Below are positions 38,561 to 51,879 of a stretch of DNA of 64,000 nucleotides, piece after piece. A program made the translations under genes and the position numbers. The notes under the pieces are model-generated. The model saw only the letters and a program-made list of their open reading frames with translations. It made no database searches and had not been told where the DNA came from. The stretch comes from Lytechinus pictus (lineage: Eukaryota), in the NCBI RefSeq assembly GCF_037042905.1, contig NC_087245.1, forward strand, positions 32,180,001 to 32,244,000, written 5' to 3'. Every line of letters starts with the position of its first letter. Positions within the stretch are counted from its first letter, which is position 1.

Positions 38561-38837
38561 CAAAAATTTTATCAAATATACTGGACACATTATGATAATA
38601 CTACGAATAATAAACGATTTTGATTATATAACATTCCCATCATCCATTCCAACTTAACACAGTCCCAAACGCAGGACTTTTGATTACATTGAAAAATTGA
38701 CATAAAAGTCGGTTATCATTTAAGTATCATCTAACCACAGCAAATAGCTGTGATGTAAACAGGTAAATAGGCATTAATGCTAACCCTAAATGCATTTGAA
38801 TGTTCTTAAGTTTATTTTCATATAATTTTATGTCATG

Positions 38838-39370
38838 CACTGAAAAAACTCTGGTGTTGATTTAACACCAGCCAAGAATCTATATATGTCCACACCAGAG
38901 AAGTGTTAAACACCAGTTTGGTTTTGGTCTAACACCAGATATGTGTTTAAATACAACACCAATTAAATCAGCATCGGTTTGATTCCAAACTGGTGTTATT
39001 TCAATACTTCTCTGGTGTGGACATATAGGCCCGTATTCTGAAGTCAGGTTTAACTTAGGCCACAGTCTAACTCCGTGCTAAAGTTATGGGAAGCCAAAAG
39101 TGTCAAAATTTTCATTACATTGTATATTTCTTATGTTTATTGTGCTTTTTCCTGATTCCTCAATGGTGAAGGCAATCATCTCATTCATACTTCCTAGAAA
39201 ATTGAGAATGATTTAAGAGTCAAATGAGCTGAAATATGATATCTCTACTGTTAGTGATTTATGTAACAATTGGCTATCCATACTTAAACCACAACTTTAA
39301 ACCTGAGTTTATGTTAAACCCGACTTCAGAATACGGGCCATACATATTCCGGGCCGGAGTTTTCGCAGTG
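38838..39370. mobile_element. EnSpm/CACTA-like MITE (CACTG...CAGTG, 2-bp TG TSD) hosting a nested element
   Basis: TG|CACTGAAAAAACTCTGG ... CCGGAGTTTTCGCAGTG|TG; inner inverted repeat TATATGTCCACACCAGAGAAGT / ACTTCTCTGGTGTGGACATATA. Confidence 0.8.
39028..39339. mobile_element. Harbinger-like MITE, ATA TSD
   Basis: TIR GGCCCGTATTCTGAAGTCAGGTTTAAC / GTTAAACCCGACTTCAGAATACGGGCC; ATA on both sides. Confidence 0.9.
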
Positions 39371-40815
39371 TGATAACCCACCTGAAGTCACATGAGAGAT
39401 GGACATCCATCAGTTAATTGATTGACTATCATGTAACTGTTGTCATCTGAATATCATTCTCTCATAATCTTCTTTAATGCTCTGTTGGTCACCATCAATT
39501 AGGCCATGGGTTGAAAGAATGTAAGGGGACACTGATACTACACTAACTGTATGCATAAAAGATATGAAAATCACCTATATGTAAAGCCTGGAATGACAAT
39601 GTGCAGTCTTGGTTTACAATAAGTTTCATGCATTTGATTTGGGAAATTGCATGATGTATGAAGACAGAAGCTGTCTTGTGATTGGTTTATTATCATTTTA
39701 AATCCTATCTTGTCCAAGTTTCCTCCTAATGTTCCAAAGATACATGGGACAGACATACAGTTTGTAGAGATTGTGGCTCTCTCTCATTGTCATTGAGGTC
39801 AATAAGTGTGTACAGAAGTGTAGGAATGAAAAACAGCAAATTTTAAATCACAAACACACAATTTTTTTTTTTTTTTACTGAAAATTTTCACAAAAATTGA
39901 TCAAAATACTTAGATTTCACTTTAGAAAATGCAAAAGCGCCCAATGACAAACTCGGTCGCTTCGTTTCCTCACTTTCGAGATTCGTCAAAAATTGTTATG
40001 GGTCTTGCTAGCCCCAGGAAAAAAATCTGCGTATGGCCATCATCCCAGACCATGGATAAGTCATCAATGTAATTCCCTGATCATACTCATCAAAATAAAG
40101 TCCCAAGGGAAATATTTATGGGAAGATTCATTTTCCTATTAGAAATCTAATTTCAAATTTCACAATGTTCATAAATTATTCATTTCACTGCAACCATAAT
40201 TATTTTCACTGCACCATTTACATTCATCAATAATAGAAATGTTCAAAATTATCTCCTTAGCAAACTCAATCTAATAGAGGATTTTTTGTCGATATTATAG
40301 AATTGGGGGTGAAAATCGAGATGGCTTCATTATTCAAGAGGACAGAGGCATGCTTTCTCTCATCCTGCCACAACAGGATTATTGCCCAAGCAGAAGTGAT
40401 AAAGGATCCTCTAAAACTGCTCGTAAGTGAAGGCATTAATCATGGAATCGTGTGAGGAATATATAACATCCCCTGCTCAATTTGGTGATTTAATCAGAAG
40501 ATGAAGAAAGCATGACCGTGTTGCTATGGCGATACACTATTCTATGTATCCCGACCCGTGCCTGTTTGATGGAGGGATACTTATCGTACGGTATTGGGGG
40601 CTGTCAAAAACCAATTCACATGGACACTAATCCATTAGAATGCTTTCACATATATCTTTCGCCGCATCTCATGTGACTTTTCGTGAACTGCAATTTGTAG
40701 ATGATGATTGTCACAATTGCGATGTTGATCAAGAGCATGTCTGAGGGATGGGAGGGGTGCTGGAATGATGAGGATAGCTACAGACGTGTCTGTAGTGATG
40801 AGGATTGCTACAGAT

Positions 40816-41065
40816 GGGTCGTGTGGTCTAGTGGTTAGAGCATTGGACTCATAATCGCAAGGTTGTGAGTTTTAATCCCCAATTTACCACTGTCTCCACT
40901 ATGATAAAAAGGCCAGAGAGTAATATCTGTTGTCTATGGGGTCAGTCACTATGACTGATTAAACTAGGTGTAAAATGTTTCACAGGTGATTGGTTATATA
41001 CCAGCTTGGCGTTTACCAGCAAAAGCTGTCCTGCCGAGCTCCTACGGGAGTTACCATAAACAGAA
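40816..41065 (+). mobile_element. tRNA-Met-like SINE, second full copy (B box mutated)
   Basis: Collinear with 31463-31712; B box reads AGTTTTAATCC. Confidence 0.9.
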
Positions 41066-41625
41066 TATGATGGTGTTGGACGATGATGATGTAGATGATG
41101 ATGACGATGATAACGATAGTGATGATGACAATAATTATGACCACGAGCATGACGGATGGGTGGGGTGCTGGAATGAGGAGGATTGCTACAGATGTGTCAG
41201 TAGTGGTGAGGAATATGATGGTGATGATCATGACGATGATGATCATGACGGCGACGATGACAATGATGATCATGATCAAGACGGATAGGTATGGTGTTGG
41301 AATGATGATGATGATGATGATGATGATAATGATGGTGATAATGATGGTGATGATGATTGTGGTGGTGATGATGATGATAATGATGTTAAAACTGTTTATG
41401 ACAATGAAAGTAGCTGTAATGATGAAGAAGATCGTGACGGAACTCTGAAGATGACAGTGATAGCGATGATGATGACGACTATGAGGATGCTGCAGCTGCT
41501 CATGATGACGGTGATAATGAAAATTAATACATTAATAATAATGCTGATGATGCGGCTGCTGATGATTATGGTGATGATAATAATAGTTATCATGGCAATG
41601 GTAGTGATAATTGGTAATGGTGACA
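41066..41625. repeat. Long imperfect (GAT)n microsatellite
   Basis: GATGATGAT runs, which explain the Asp/Met/Ile low-complexity ORFs. Confidence 0.9.
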
Positions 41626-42289
41626 CGGAGGAGGATAGACAATAAAGATAAGGGAGATACTGACAATGCTGACTGCAATTAATACGATAACGATGAGAGC
41701 ATTGTCGTGGCAATAAGTGCAATATCTTGAAGAGACTGTCATCCACTTACATAACCCAATCAACAGAAGCCCACATCAGGTTATCAAAGATGAAGTCTTT
41801 TCTACATACTTGCATCACCTACCGATCATCTCCTACCCTTGTCACGTCGCTTCCTTGCCATGCAAATTAATGAGAAGGCAAAGGGAGAGGCATGTGCAAT
41901 ATGTTACCTCATGTCGCTGGCGACTGCAGCGTGACAATGATGCAAAAGCGTCTCCAGTCGTGTATTCGCCAATTTCAAAGCCAAGCGAGAAGTACACGGT
42001 GGGGGAGATACGAAGAGAACAAGCACAGCGGGGTCCCCGGAGAATAGTGGCATAGATTCAGTTGTCATTTCAAGCGCACCAAATTAAATGTTCATTCATT
42101 TTGCTAAGTGGCCACTCCGAAGCATGACAATTAATCTCTTTTCCCCTCTCTCTCTCTGTATTCATCAATGTGACTGTCTCGGAGGCTGACTTGCTTCACG
42201 TTTTCAATCTTTGTTCTTTCTCCACGATTCTCCACCTTTTTATTTCGGTATTTCCTTCTTTCCATATCTTTTTTCTTCTACCCTTATTC

Positions 42290-42530
42290 CTAATTTTTCC
42301 TCCTTTTCTCTCTCCCTCTCCTTTTTCTGTCCTCAATTTTTTCTTTTAATCTCTCATTCTCTCTCCCCCCCCCTCTCTCTCCTCTCTCTCTCTCTCTTAA
42401 TACCCTCTTTCACTTTCTCTTTCACTACTTATGCCTCTAACACTCTTCATCTCCCTCATTGAACCTCCTCATTCTATTTTTTTTTCTAGTCATCTCCCTC
42501 TCTCTTTCTTTCATTTTTCTCTCTCTACTA
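42290..42530. repeat. Polypyrimidine (CT)-rich tract
   Basis: CTCTCT/CTTT runs. Confidence 0.85.
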
Positions 42531-42896
42531 CCTGTAATTTTAAAAAAATCCAATAATAAGTTCAATGGTTGCAAGCACACAGATAAGTCAGCAAGATGTT
42601 GTCCTAAAACTAATCCAATCAAGTCAGTGCTTTGATAATAGGACCAATTCTAAGTCTATTATCATATTATCATCTTGTCTAAGTGGATTATTAGTGCAGT
42701 CAGCACATACAACAAATGCTATGATTAAAGGCATTAGCTGGATCTGCAAACAGCCAATTTTAAAAAATTTGCAAACAAAGATGAAAAATGTGATTACATC
42801 CTATTAGAACTAAAAAAAAAATTAAAAAACCATCACTAAGAATGAAAAGCTTATAACGTAAACCATGATTTTATCATTTTGCGTCTTCGAATCATT

Positions 42897-43196
42897 AATA
42901 ATAATCCGCTTTTATATAGCACTTAATACATCGGAACGACATGTATTTAAACCACTTTACAGATATATTATTACCCCGGTCATCGGATTCAATCAGTCAT
43001 TCCGGCACATAATGTGTGCACATCCTCCACTCCCTGGGTAGTATTCCAGTCAGTCGCCAGTGAGGCGCACACAGTACTGGACAAGCAACAATGTCTTTCA
43101 CATCCTACCAGGTACCCATTTAGCACCTGGGTCGAGAGAGGCAAAGTGTGGATTAACGCCTTGCCAAAGGACGCCAGACTGGTGGGATTCGAACAC
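42897..43196 (-). mobile_element. 5'-truncated tRNA-derived SINE with (TTA)n tail
   Basis: Minus strand GTTCGAATCCC B box, then CCTTTGGCAAGGCGTTAATCCACA..CTCTCGACCCAGGTG..AAATGGGTACC domain. Confidence 0.8.
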
Positions 43197-44417
43197 ATTA
43201 ATAGGACACAGAGAGTGTATGTGTTTCCGGTCACTTTATAGTTCACTTTTTGGAAGCTCTAAATAATGAATTTCAGACACATTTTTTCTTGGGCTTTATT
43301 TTTCTAACATATTGCAGACATAAGAGAAAAAAGGGGAACTTGTAGCTCAGACTTTTTAAAGTCAAATTAATGCTTGCCTACACCTTTAAGCAGGCCTAAT
43401 AGGCTTTTTTGAACATTTCAATATAATGTAGAAAATACTGCACTTGGTATGTGAAAATTGGATAAGAGCCATAGTGTAGTCAAATCTGATGCCGTGTGTC
43501 GCTGGGTAATTAGATAACCTAGTTTCATGAATAAGCATTTTAAGTTCTGGAAAACCTCTTCTGTAAAGTTCACAGGAAAAGTTTACGTCTTCAAGATGTA
43601 TTGCAACGATAGGTGTCTAACACTTTAACTAAGTGACATTTTCCAAGGGCTTTCCTGCAAGCTAAATGGCTTCCTCTCTCTCTCTCTCTTTCATAATCCG
43701 ATAGATTGCTTGTTAATAATTCAAACCGTCAAGATGGTGGCAGAGACAAGGTACGTGTCCCCGACCCATCCCAGCCACACAATAACCATCAATAATTCCT
43801 GGCCGAGACTCAATAATTGATAATCATGTTTGAATCATTGAGGTGAGAGGTGCCAGGCATGAACTCCCCAGACGGGATGGCAGGTGGGCAGGTCCACGTC
43901 TTAAGCGGCAGCGGCACCGTCTCATCTCTGCCCGTAATTCATTCACGTGCGAGGTTGCACAAACGACTGACAGGGCCTCTACGTGCCATCCTTGTGAGAT
44001 TATTTACAGTGCGATAACCTCTACGACAAGATGAGCCCTACTCAACAAGAAAAGTGACACGGTTAGTTAAGAAGTCATTGGGAAAATGGTGCAAACTCAC
44101 GTTATCTCTCACGGCTTAAAGAGAAGCATAATGACCAACTCGTGCGCACGCAGAAACACATCAGTCATTTCACTCCACTGTTAATATTTTGGTGTTTATT
44201 AGTCCAACACCCATGGTGGTTATTACATAGTATGCAGGCACAGAGTCTGAATTAGTGAGACTAGATTCACTAGTTTCATGTACTGACACAGACAGTCTTT
44301 GGAGTATAGTCTTTACTCTACAACTATTATTAATAGAGTATCAAATATGAATCTGTGTAATGCAGACTAGTTATTCTAACACCTTCGATTGTTATTTTAA
44401 CACTCTTTGATGTTAAC

Positions 44418-45020
44418 TTAAAGGGGAATCCAACCCAAATAAAAACTTGTTTTTATAAGGAAAAGAAAAATCAGACAAGTTGATAGGTGAAAGTTTGAAC
44501 AATATTTGACATACAACAAGAAAATTATGATTTTTTTAAAGTTGTAAATATTGGTAATCACTATACCCATGGAGACTTCAAATTGGCTGCATATGGGATG
44601 TCATAGTGATGTAAGGCAAGGACTACTCTTCCATGTACTCCAATACATATTATGGCTAAAATGTCATTTTTCCCAAAAGTTTTATTTCAAATTGTATTTT
44701 TCTTTCATGAGGACATAAAACAATATACTACCTGGGTTATATTTAAATTACTCCCCCAGGGGAATGGGTACTTAAGAGAAAACCACAAATCCCTGATAAT
44801 AAAGTACATGGCCTATGGAAAAGTTGTCCTTGCCCCTTGTCATAATTTACTTACCCAGTTGCCAATCTGAAATCTACATAGTATTAGTGATCTCAATTTT
44901 AAAGCAGCTATAACTTTCTTTTCGCTTATCCGATTTCTTTCAAACTTTCACCATTCTGTTTAATTTATTTTTCTCCTTCCCAACACAACATTTTATGGCC
45001 AAGGCTGGATTCCCCTTTAA
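44418..45020. mobile_element. Kolobok-like element, TTAA TSD, nested in an ACACC-rich MITE
   Basis: TTAA|AGGGGAATCCAACC ... GGCTGGATTCCCCT|TTAA; flanks at about 44370-44417 and 45021-45110 rejoin into the family seen at 14960-15150. Confidence 0.88.
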
Positions 45021-45237
45021 CTCTATGGTGTAATTTTCAAACCTTAGGGTGTGTTTCTCTGGGGACACCAACTGTTGTCGGTTTTAACACTGGTTTTAAA
45101 GTGTTAATATCAATGTGTTACCATCTACATTAGATTAGGTGTTTGTGATGAGAGTTTTATCTTTGTGGTCAGAAGTAACTTTCCTACCAAACACCAATGC
45201 ACTCTTTTGAGCAATGAAGAATTGGTCCTTTTTTCTA

Positions 45238-45447
45238 CACTGTAAAAAGACTATGAAATTTACCGGTAAGCACTTTTTTAAAGCCCATCAATCTATCAAC
45301 TATTGTTTGAATATTTAAACAAGATGTTTTAAGCAAGTTGTTTACAATAGTTATAACAATTTCAATTTTTTTAAATGATCGTGTAAAAGTTTAAACAAAT
45401 TGTTGTTAGAGTGACAGGCTTAAGCAATGTGCTATTTTTTTACTGTG
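45238..45447. mobile_element. Decayed CACTG-type MITE
   Basis: CACTGTAAAAA ... TTTTTACTGTG with TTTAAACAA repeats. Confidence 0.5.
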
Positions 45448-46685
45448 TTATATTTGCATAGATTTTTAAACAACAATGCACTGTTTGTCAATGACAGCCT
45501 GGATTTACTTTAAATCCTTGAAAAGTAGAGTGTAGCCATGATTATTTAAACCGGCCATTCTCAATTACTTTTGTTGAAGCTCCAAATTTCTTGTTGAGAA
45601 TCTGGATTGCTCCACTATCCAACACGCGAACAAACTAAACATTGTGATGTAGGGCAGGTTGTAAATGAATACATCAAGAAAGGAGAAGAAGAACACAATC
45701 GATCCTCCATAATAGGGGTTATCGAATGTTAGATTATACAAAATCCAAGGAAATCAATAAGCATTCAAAATTCAAATATAGCTGAGTTTTTGTTTTCCTT
45801 TGTAACAAATTCATCAAACCTCAAGTAGACCAAACTTATTTTCTCATGTTTTTCCCTTTTCTATACCGACTCCCATGGGCCACTCCACAAGGCTCGGTGC
45901 ACCACAAATGGCGCACACGCCACCATTTGAGAATCCCTGATTTAAACGTACTGATTGCCAAATTTTTAAATTTCCATTATCTTTGCCAATGGTATACTCT
46001 TATCAATGATGCAACAGGTAAAAAGTTGAATGTTGTGGACTTAAATCCAACAAAATATCAAAGGTAGATAGAACCGTTAACAAATCATTCATGGACTATA
46101 AAGATATTTTTATCAAGAGCATATTGAGGGCCATCTCTTCACTAGGTTTTCAAAGTCTTCTTACAAGTTGAAACATTTTCCATGTTGCTTCATGAACTTT
46201 ATATTTTCAATTATCATAGTATTGGTATTTATTTGTGAGAGCACATTCACCGCCCAGACAAGGCAACTTGTCTAGACAAGAAGGATACTTTTCATATGAA
46301 GATCAAACAATGCGACACCCAATATCATCAGAGTACAAGTCTTGCGATGGATTCGCTTCCGTTCCTGTCGTCGGTTGCGATACAAAGCAACCCGACGGGA
46401 TGTTCATTTCATGTAATGTCAAGTTCAGCGCACTGTATCTCGGATGATTCAATCTGGTCATGAACAAGATGGATAGTGTCAACAAAACCCGCCCCCAAAA
46501 CTCTAGGCCGGGTGTTTACTTGTAGTTACGCGGCTCCGTCACAAATCCACCGAATCTTCCAAAGTTTATCAAAGCTCAACCTTCACACGGCGGCTCGGGT
46601 TTTTATGTTTGTATCGCCCCGACATGCTTCCAACGTCTACCCTAATTTTTCTTTTAATATTGACTTTACTCCCGACAGGAAGGTG

Positions 46686-46889
46686 AAGGACTGGTAGACG
46701 TGCGCAAAACATTGTTGGAATACACTTTTCCATGATTTTTCCACAAGGGCTGTAAATTTACTAAATGCAGAATGAAAAGATTTAAGGACTGGTACACATG
46801 CGCAAAACATTGTTGGAATACACTAATGTTTTGTGTGGTTTTTTTCCACAGGGGCTGTTAATTTACTAAATGCAGAATAAAAAGATTCA
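46686..46889. repeat. About 98-bp direct tandem duplication
   Basis: AAGGACTGGTA.AC.TGCGCAAAACATTGTTGGAATACACT...AATTTACTAAATGCAGAAT.AAAAGATT at 46686 and 46784. Confidence 0.9.
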
Positions 46890-47909
46890 TCTTTGGGCCA
46901 AGAAAAGAATTCAGACTGCATTAGCACAACCAACAATCAAATCTTAATCAAGTGGAAAAAATAGATGCACTCTTGTTGCTAACTACACTGGTAGCAACGA
47001 TAATAATGATGGTAACAATTACCAACTCTATTTGATAATATTGGCCCACATCTGGAACTATGGAATGTGATTGATTAGGAATTGATTCAGGATCCAATCC
47101 TATTTAAAGGTATATTTCAATTGGATCAAGAGGATCAATGTCAATAAAGAAATTCTAGATAGAGTATACAGAAACATATTTCACTATCTATATTATATAT
47201 TCATTCTCATTTCTTTAAGAGCAAGAAGGAACACATTTGCTTTTTGTAAATTAATTCATCAAACAAATTTCATATTTCCCAATTTATGAAGTTTACTTTA
47301 TTAACTGCCATTAGTGTGACTAAATTCATAGATAATATCTAATAAAGTGTAACATTTCATTCTTTTTAATATTAAGCATTATATTCAAGACTCACACAAT
47401 AAAATACATTTTCAATATGAAAACAGTCCTAGAAAATCTAGGACTATTTCCATCACTTCCATTAAATTTAATTCTTCTTACAAACTATACAAGTTACATT
47501 TAAATGGAAATGTAGTGCATCGCATTAACATGACAGTTTTATTATCATGAGTCCAGTATTGATTCAATGTATTTCCACTGATAGATTACTTTCAATATGA
47601 TATCAAGAAAAAAAAATGTTTTAGTCCATTTGAAATGGCATCAATGACAAATGAAATCCTCTTAAAATAATGAGATGGGCAAAACTACTCACAAGGATAC
47701 TATTAATGCTTCTCACAAGGGAACTATTAATGCTGCAGTGACATGGATGCACTTAGCATTAAGGCAACAAATTCATCAATACCATTCGAACCTTGATCAC
47801 CATTAATTTAATCAGGGATGCTTGTATTATGGGCATCAATCTACATACATGTATGTACACAATAGATGAGAAGGGGTATAAAGTGATTATCTTGCATGAG
47901 AAAGAAATA

Positions 47910-48316
47910 AAAGATCCCATTCATACTTGAAAATTAAAGACATATTGAGATAGTATATTGAAAGACTTTAACAGTATCAATTTTCTCGTTGAAAAAAAAT
48001 CAAATTATACCTGAAAACTAACTGACAGATTACCTTGTATCCCTTGTATTGTGTAATAGAAAGATTCTATTCATACTTGAAAATTAAAGATAATTTAAGT
48101 TGTATTAAACTGTTACATCATTGAGTATCCCTTACTTGTAAAAAAAAATCCAGTTCATACTTGAAAATTAAATGATAAAATACAGAGTATTCCTTTATGT
48201 CTGTAGCTTACCATTTTGTTTGATGTATAATGTTATACTTAATTGTATTTTGTAGTTGAAATGAATTGGAATTAATCGAAGTTGAAAGATCCTATTCACA
48301 CTTGAAAGCTAAAGAC
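47910..48316. repeat. Four irregularly spaced copies of an about 30-bp motif
   Basis: AAAGATCC.ATTCATACTTGAAAATTAAAGA-like motif at about 47910, 48060, 48146 and 48286. Confidence 0.7.
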
Positions 48317-49390
48317 CTTTTAAGGCAAAGTATTGAGATATTACTAAACCGGGATCATCTAATTGGCATGGCGACATAAGAAATGCTCCTATTTTCACAA
48401 TTATGAAAGCTTACTGAAATGTAATAAAATCTTGCAATTGTGGAAGAAAAAAAAAATTGAAACCTGAAATACAGGCATGGTAGAAAATGTATTATAAATG
48501 GTTCTCACAAGTATAACACTTGCGCTAAAGTATGGTAGAATAACCTGTACAACCAAGTATATACCATGTGCCCTCTCAATTCAAAAACTACCCAATGAGA
48601 AAAAAAAGAGGGATATCAAATTAAATTACCATATAAATTGCCTGTCATTTAATTTCCCATGGGCAATTAGTATTTACACAAAAATACACATCTTGTTCGT
48701 GAAAGTCAGAAACAGCAATAATAAAATATTCGGATCGGAGGAGCTGTTGTCAAAAATTTGTTAAAATAGCCCTATTTGATGATTCCCTGATCTCTATCGA
48801 GAGTAGGATTGTAAATACATTGTTTAACATTGAATTTAATTTTTAAAACCTGAGCTGCATGGACCCATTTGTCACCTGTGTTGGTGATATGTTGTCAAAA
48901 TGAAGCCCTGAAAATATCGCCCCTGAAAATCATTACTTGGTGCTTCTAAAAGTAAAAAAAGGAACTAATCTGACCCTGAGAAAAACCATCAAAATTTTAT
49001 TCCGTATACTAACAGGTGTGATATTAATGTCCTCTTGAGATTATATGAACTGTAATTTCTCAGTTATAGATATCTTGAAAGTGTCTGCATGAATTCAGGG
49101 TTTTTTCTTTCTTTCCTCCTGGGTGTTTTTGGGGATATGATATTTCATTTTAGTTTTCATTTCATTTATTTTCATATTTCTCTTTTGACATTTGTTACAA
49201 GCTACGGAAATACATCTAAACTTTGAATGCAATATCAAAACCATGTTTTGGAGACCATCCGATGCCAGTTCATGAAATGGCCGACCATTTATAATAAAAT
49301 ATAAAACTGTAAAGATACACAAGAATAATCAACGTATTCTTTTCTTGGCAAAATAGTCACGTGAGAACACCAGCATGCATTTAAGACTAA

Positions 49391-49853
49391 GGGTGCGTTT
49401 ATGCGCCCCTTTTTTTACCCTAGAATCATGATCTGAATCATGATTCTGCAGAATCACGACTGCGTTTAGTCAAACTTGAAAATAAGAGTCTTTTAAATCA
49501 CAAACATGAAACACAGAAAAGGGGGCGTTTGGAAAGACGTTTCTGTAGAATCACGAACAAAAAAGGTTGTATAAACACAATCGTGATTTGAATCATGATT
49601 CTATTACGTCACTGTGTCGGTCTACTTTCGGTTTGACTCTTGCCAAGTTTAAGGCACGTGCTTTAAAAGTTGACCTATACTTTCACTGTCAAACTGCGCA
49701 CTGTGATGCGCACTGGATCGGCCCGAATCCGAAGAGAAACAGAATTGGAATGAAGGTCGTCTAAACGCTGATTCTGTGGTATTGTGATTCATGTTTGTGT
49801 TTTGAATCATGATTCAAATCATGATTCTGGCTTGAGGTCGCATAAACGCAGCC
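49391..49853. mobile_element. PIF/Harbinger-like MITE, TWA target
   Basis: TAA|GGGTGCGTTTATGCG ... CGCATAAACGCAGCC|TTA; GAATCATGATTC subterminal repeats. Confidence 0.88.
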
Positions 49854-49974
49854 TTAGAGCCAAGTTTGATAATGGAAATAAAACGGATGCTGGTCTTTGA
49901 TGGTTTGGTCATCTGTTTGAGATTCAAGGATGCTTCCTGAAAGAATGCCAAAAGGCATATTCACACCGTCTCAA

Positions 49975-50248
49975 TAAATAATAATAATATATGGTATTTA
50001 TATTGCGCACATATCCACCTTGTTAGGTGCTCAAGGCGCTCCTATATTACCCGGCTAAGCTAGGCGTTCATAGCGCACACAGCTTTTTAAGGAATTACTT
50101 CCTACCGGTACCCATTTACCTCACCTGGGTTGAGTGCAGCACACTGTGGATCAGTTTCTTGCTGAAGGAAGTTACGCCATGGCTGGGATTCGAACCCACT
50201 ACCCTCTGTTTCAAAGTCCGAAGACTAATCCACTGGGCCACAACGCTC
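49975..50248 (-). mobile_element. tRNA-derived SINE (Gln-like head), (TTA)n tail
   Basis: Minus strand GAGCGTTGTGGCCCAGTGGATTAG..CGGACTTTGAAAC..GGGTTCGAATCCC; body shared with 31848-32117. Confidence 0.88.
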
Positions 50249-50296
50249 TACGAATATCCATACATTTTTGAGAACTTATACCAGATAATTATATCC

Positions 50297-50623
50297 ACAT
50301 TCACACCGGCCCGCAACAGAGCTTTTTGTGGCTAAGTTCTTGAGGTTACAATTATGCACAGTATAGACTGATAAGCAGGCAAGATGCACGATAAAAAATT
50401 ACAAGCTCATTAGACCAGAGCGCCACCCCCAACTACTCCATAGGTCGAAAAATTCCTGTACTTAGAACATTAAGCAATGATTTTCTTTCAGAAATATTAT
50501 AAGTACCTTGCTTCCACACTGGCAAAAGTGCCTGGTAATTTCTAATTAGGGTAGATTAGGATGAATTTCTTAATCAGCGAATACTTGTTATTCTCAAACT
50601 TCTAGTCGGTCTGAACACACCTG
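50297..50623. mobile_element. Old partial copy of the 17768-18245 MITE family
   Basis: ATTCACACCG..TAAGTTC.TGA.GTTAC..CAGTAT..CTGATAAGCAG and terminal CGGTCTGAACACACCT. Confidence 0.7.
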
Positions 50624-51442
50624 AATTGAGCTCAGATTCCTTGCCAGAAAGTCTACATTCATTCCGCATCAAGTACCTCAATGGGATCGAATCAATGTCA
50701 TTAAGTTCAACTTCAAAATGGATTTACATTGAACATGATGATTACTGATGCTGAATACGTAACACGCTCAGGAATTTGGAGCGGTGATCAGAGAACTCGG
50801 TCGTAAAGGCAGTGGCCATCCATTTGGGGGAAGGGGTTTGAATGAAATGAAGAATGCGAAGAATATTTTCTACGGTCAAAGAACTGCACAGCAAAAACGT
50901 GGGTTATCTATCAAGTGGGTGGAATTTCATTTTCTTAATTACATGAGCAGGTATTTATCCTAGCGAGAATTGATCCACAAAATTATGTTCTTGGAAAACA
51001 AGTAAGCCTATCAGTCATGCGCAGTGAACAATGATTTTCCAGATACTATCTTTCAAAATGTACTTTTCACTATAGAATACAATGGACAGTGGAATACGAA
51101 ATGATACTGGATAGGAATCTTTCAAGGTATAAGAAAACAAAGGAGTTTTTCTCTTCCTACACTTTACACAATAACTATTGTATTAAAAGGTGAACTCCTC
51201 ATGGGAAGGGGAAAGAAAAATAATTGCTTACTTCATGTTAATAACGGAGAAATCCAGACCATTTCATTGAAAAATACATGATAAAGCTTAAAAATCAGAC
51301 ATTGCTTTCATTTATCAAGGCCATTTGTGTGATGTCTAAGAAGATACATTCACACTGTGCATGCACAAAAAATTCTCTGCACAGATGACATATGCCGATG
51401 TAAGAAGCTTATACAGTAGGTGTACAAATCACATCGGTTCTG

Positions 51443-51626
51443 GTGGGTGTTTCATAAAGCTATTGGTAAGTTAAGAGCGACTTTAAGAACGACTGGTGAA
51501 CCTTTCTTACGTGCTAAATAACCACCAACAAACAATTAATGTGCATATCATTCACCACAAGAAATCTTCACCAGTCGTTCTTTAAGTCACTCTTATATTA
51601 CAAACAGCTTTATGAAACGGCCCCCC
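51443..51626. mobile_element. Harbinger-like MITE (family of 13826-13996)
   Basis: GTGGGTGTTTCATAAAGCT..GTAAGTTAAGAGCGACTTTAAGAACGACTGGTGAACC ... CAGCTTTATGAAACGGCCC. Confidence 0.85.
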
Positions 51627-51879
51627 CATGTATAAAGAGGAGGGGGGTTTGCAATCCTGATACTAATCCTCCTTAGGAACACAGAGAGATATGTGCAAAA
51701 TGGATAAATAATATTAGACATATTCAACATCAAAACTTACCAAAAATGTTCGAAGAATAGGAAAATGTGCGAAGACCACTTTGAGCCGGAAAGTTTTGAG
51801 GTGTGTATGCTACATCACTGGGACTTGGTGCCAAATTGCATATTGCATATGTGAAAAAGACCTCATATTAGAACATCTG

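Noticed and set aside
40986..41746. Asp-, Met- and Ile-rich ORFs
   Set aside because: They are translations of the (GAT)n microsatellite and a SINE tail.
46363..46400. Hairpin TCCTGTCG-TC-GGTTGC / GCAACC-CGACGGGA as pre-miRNA
   Set aside because: The stem is about 14 bp, too short, and I recognised no conserved miRNA.
47910..48316. CRISPR-like spaced repeats of about 30 bp
   Set aside because: Repeats are degenerate, the period is irregular (about 85-150 bp), there are no cas genes and the context is eukaryotic.
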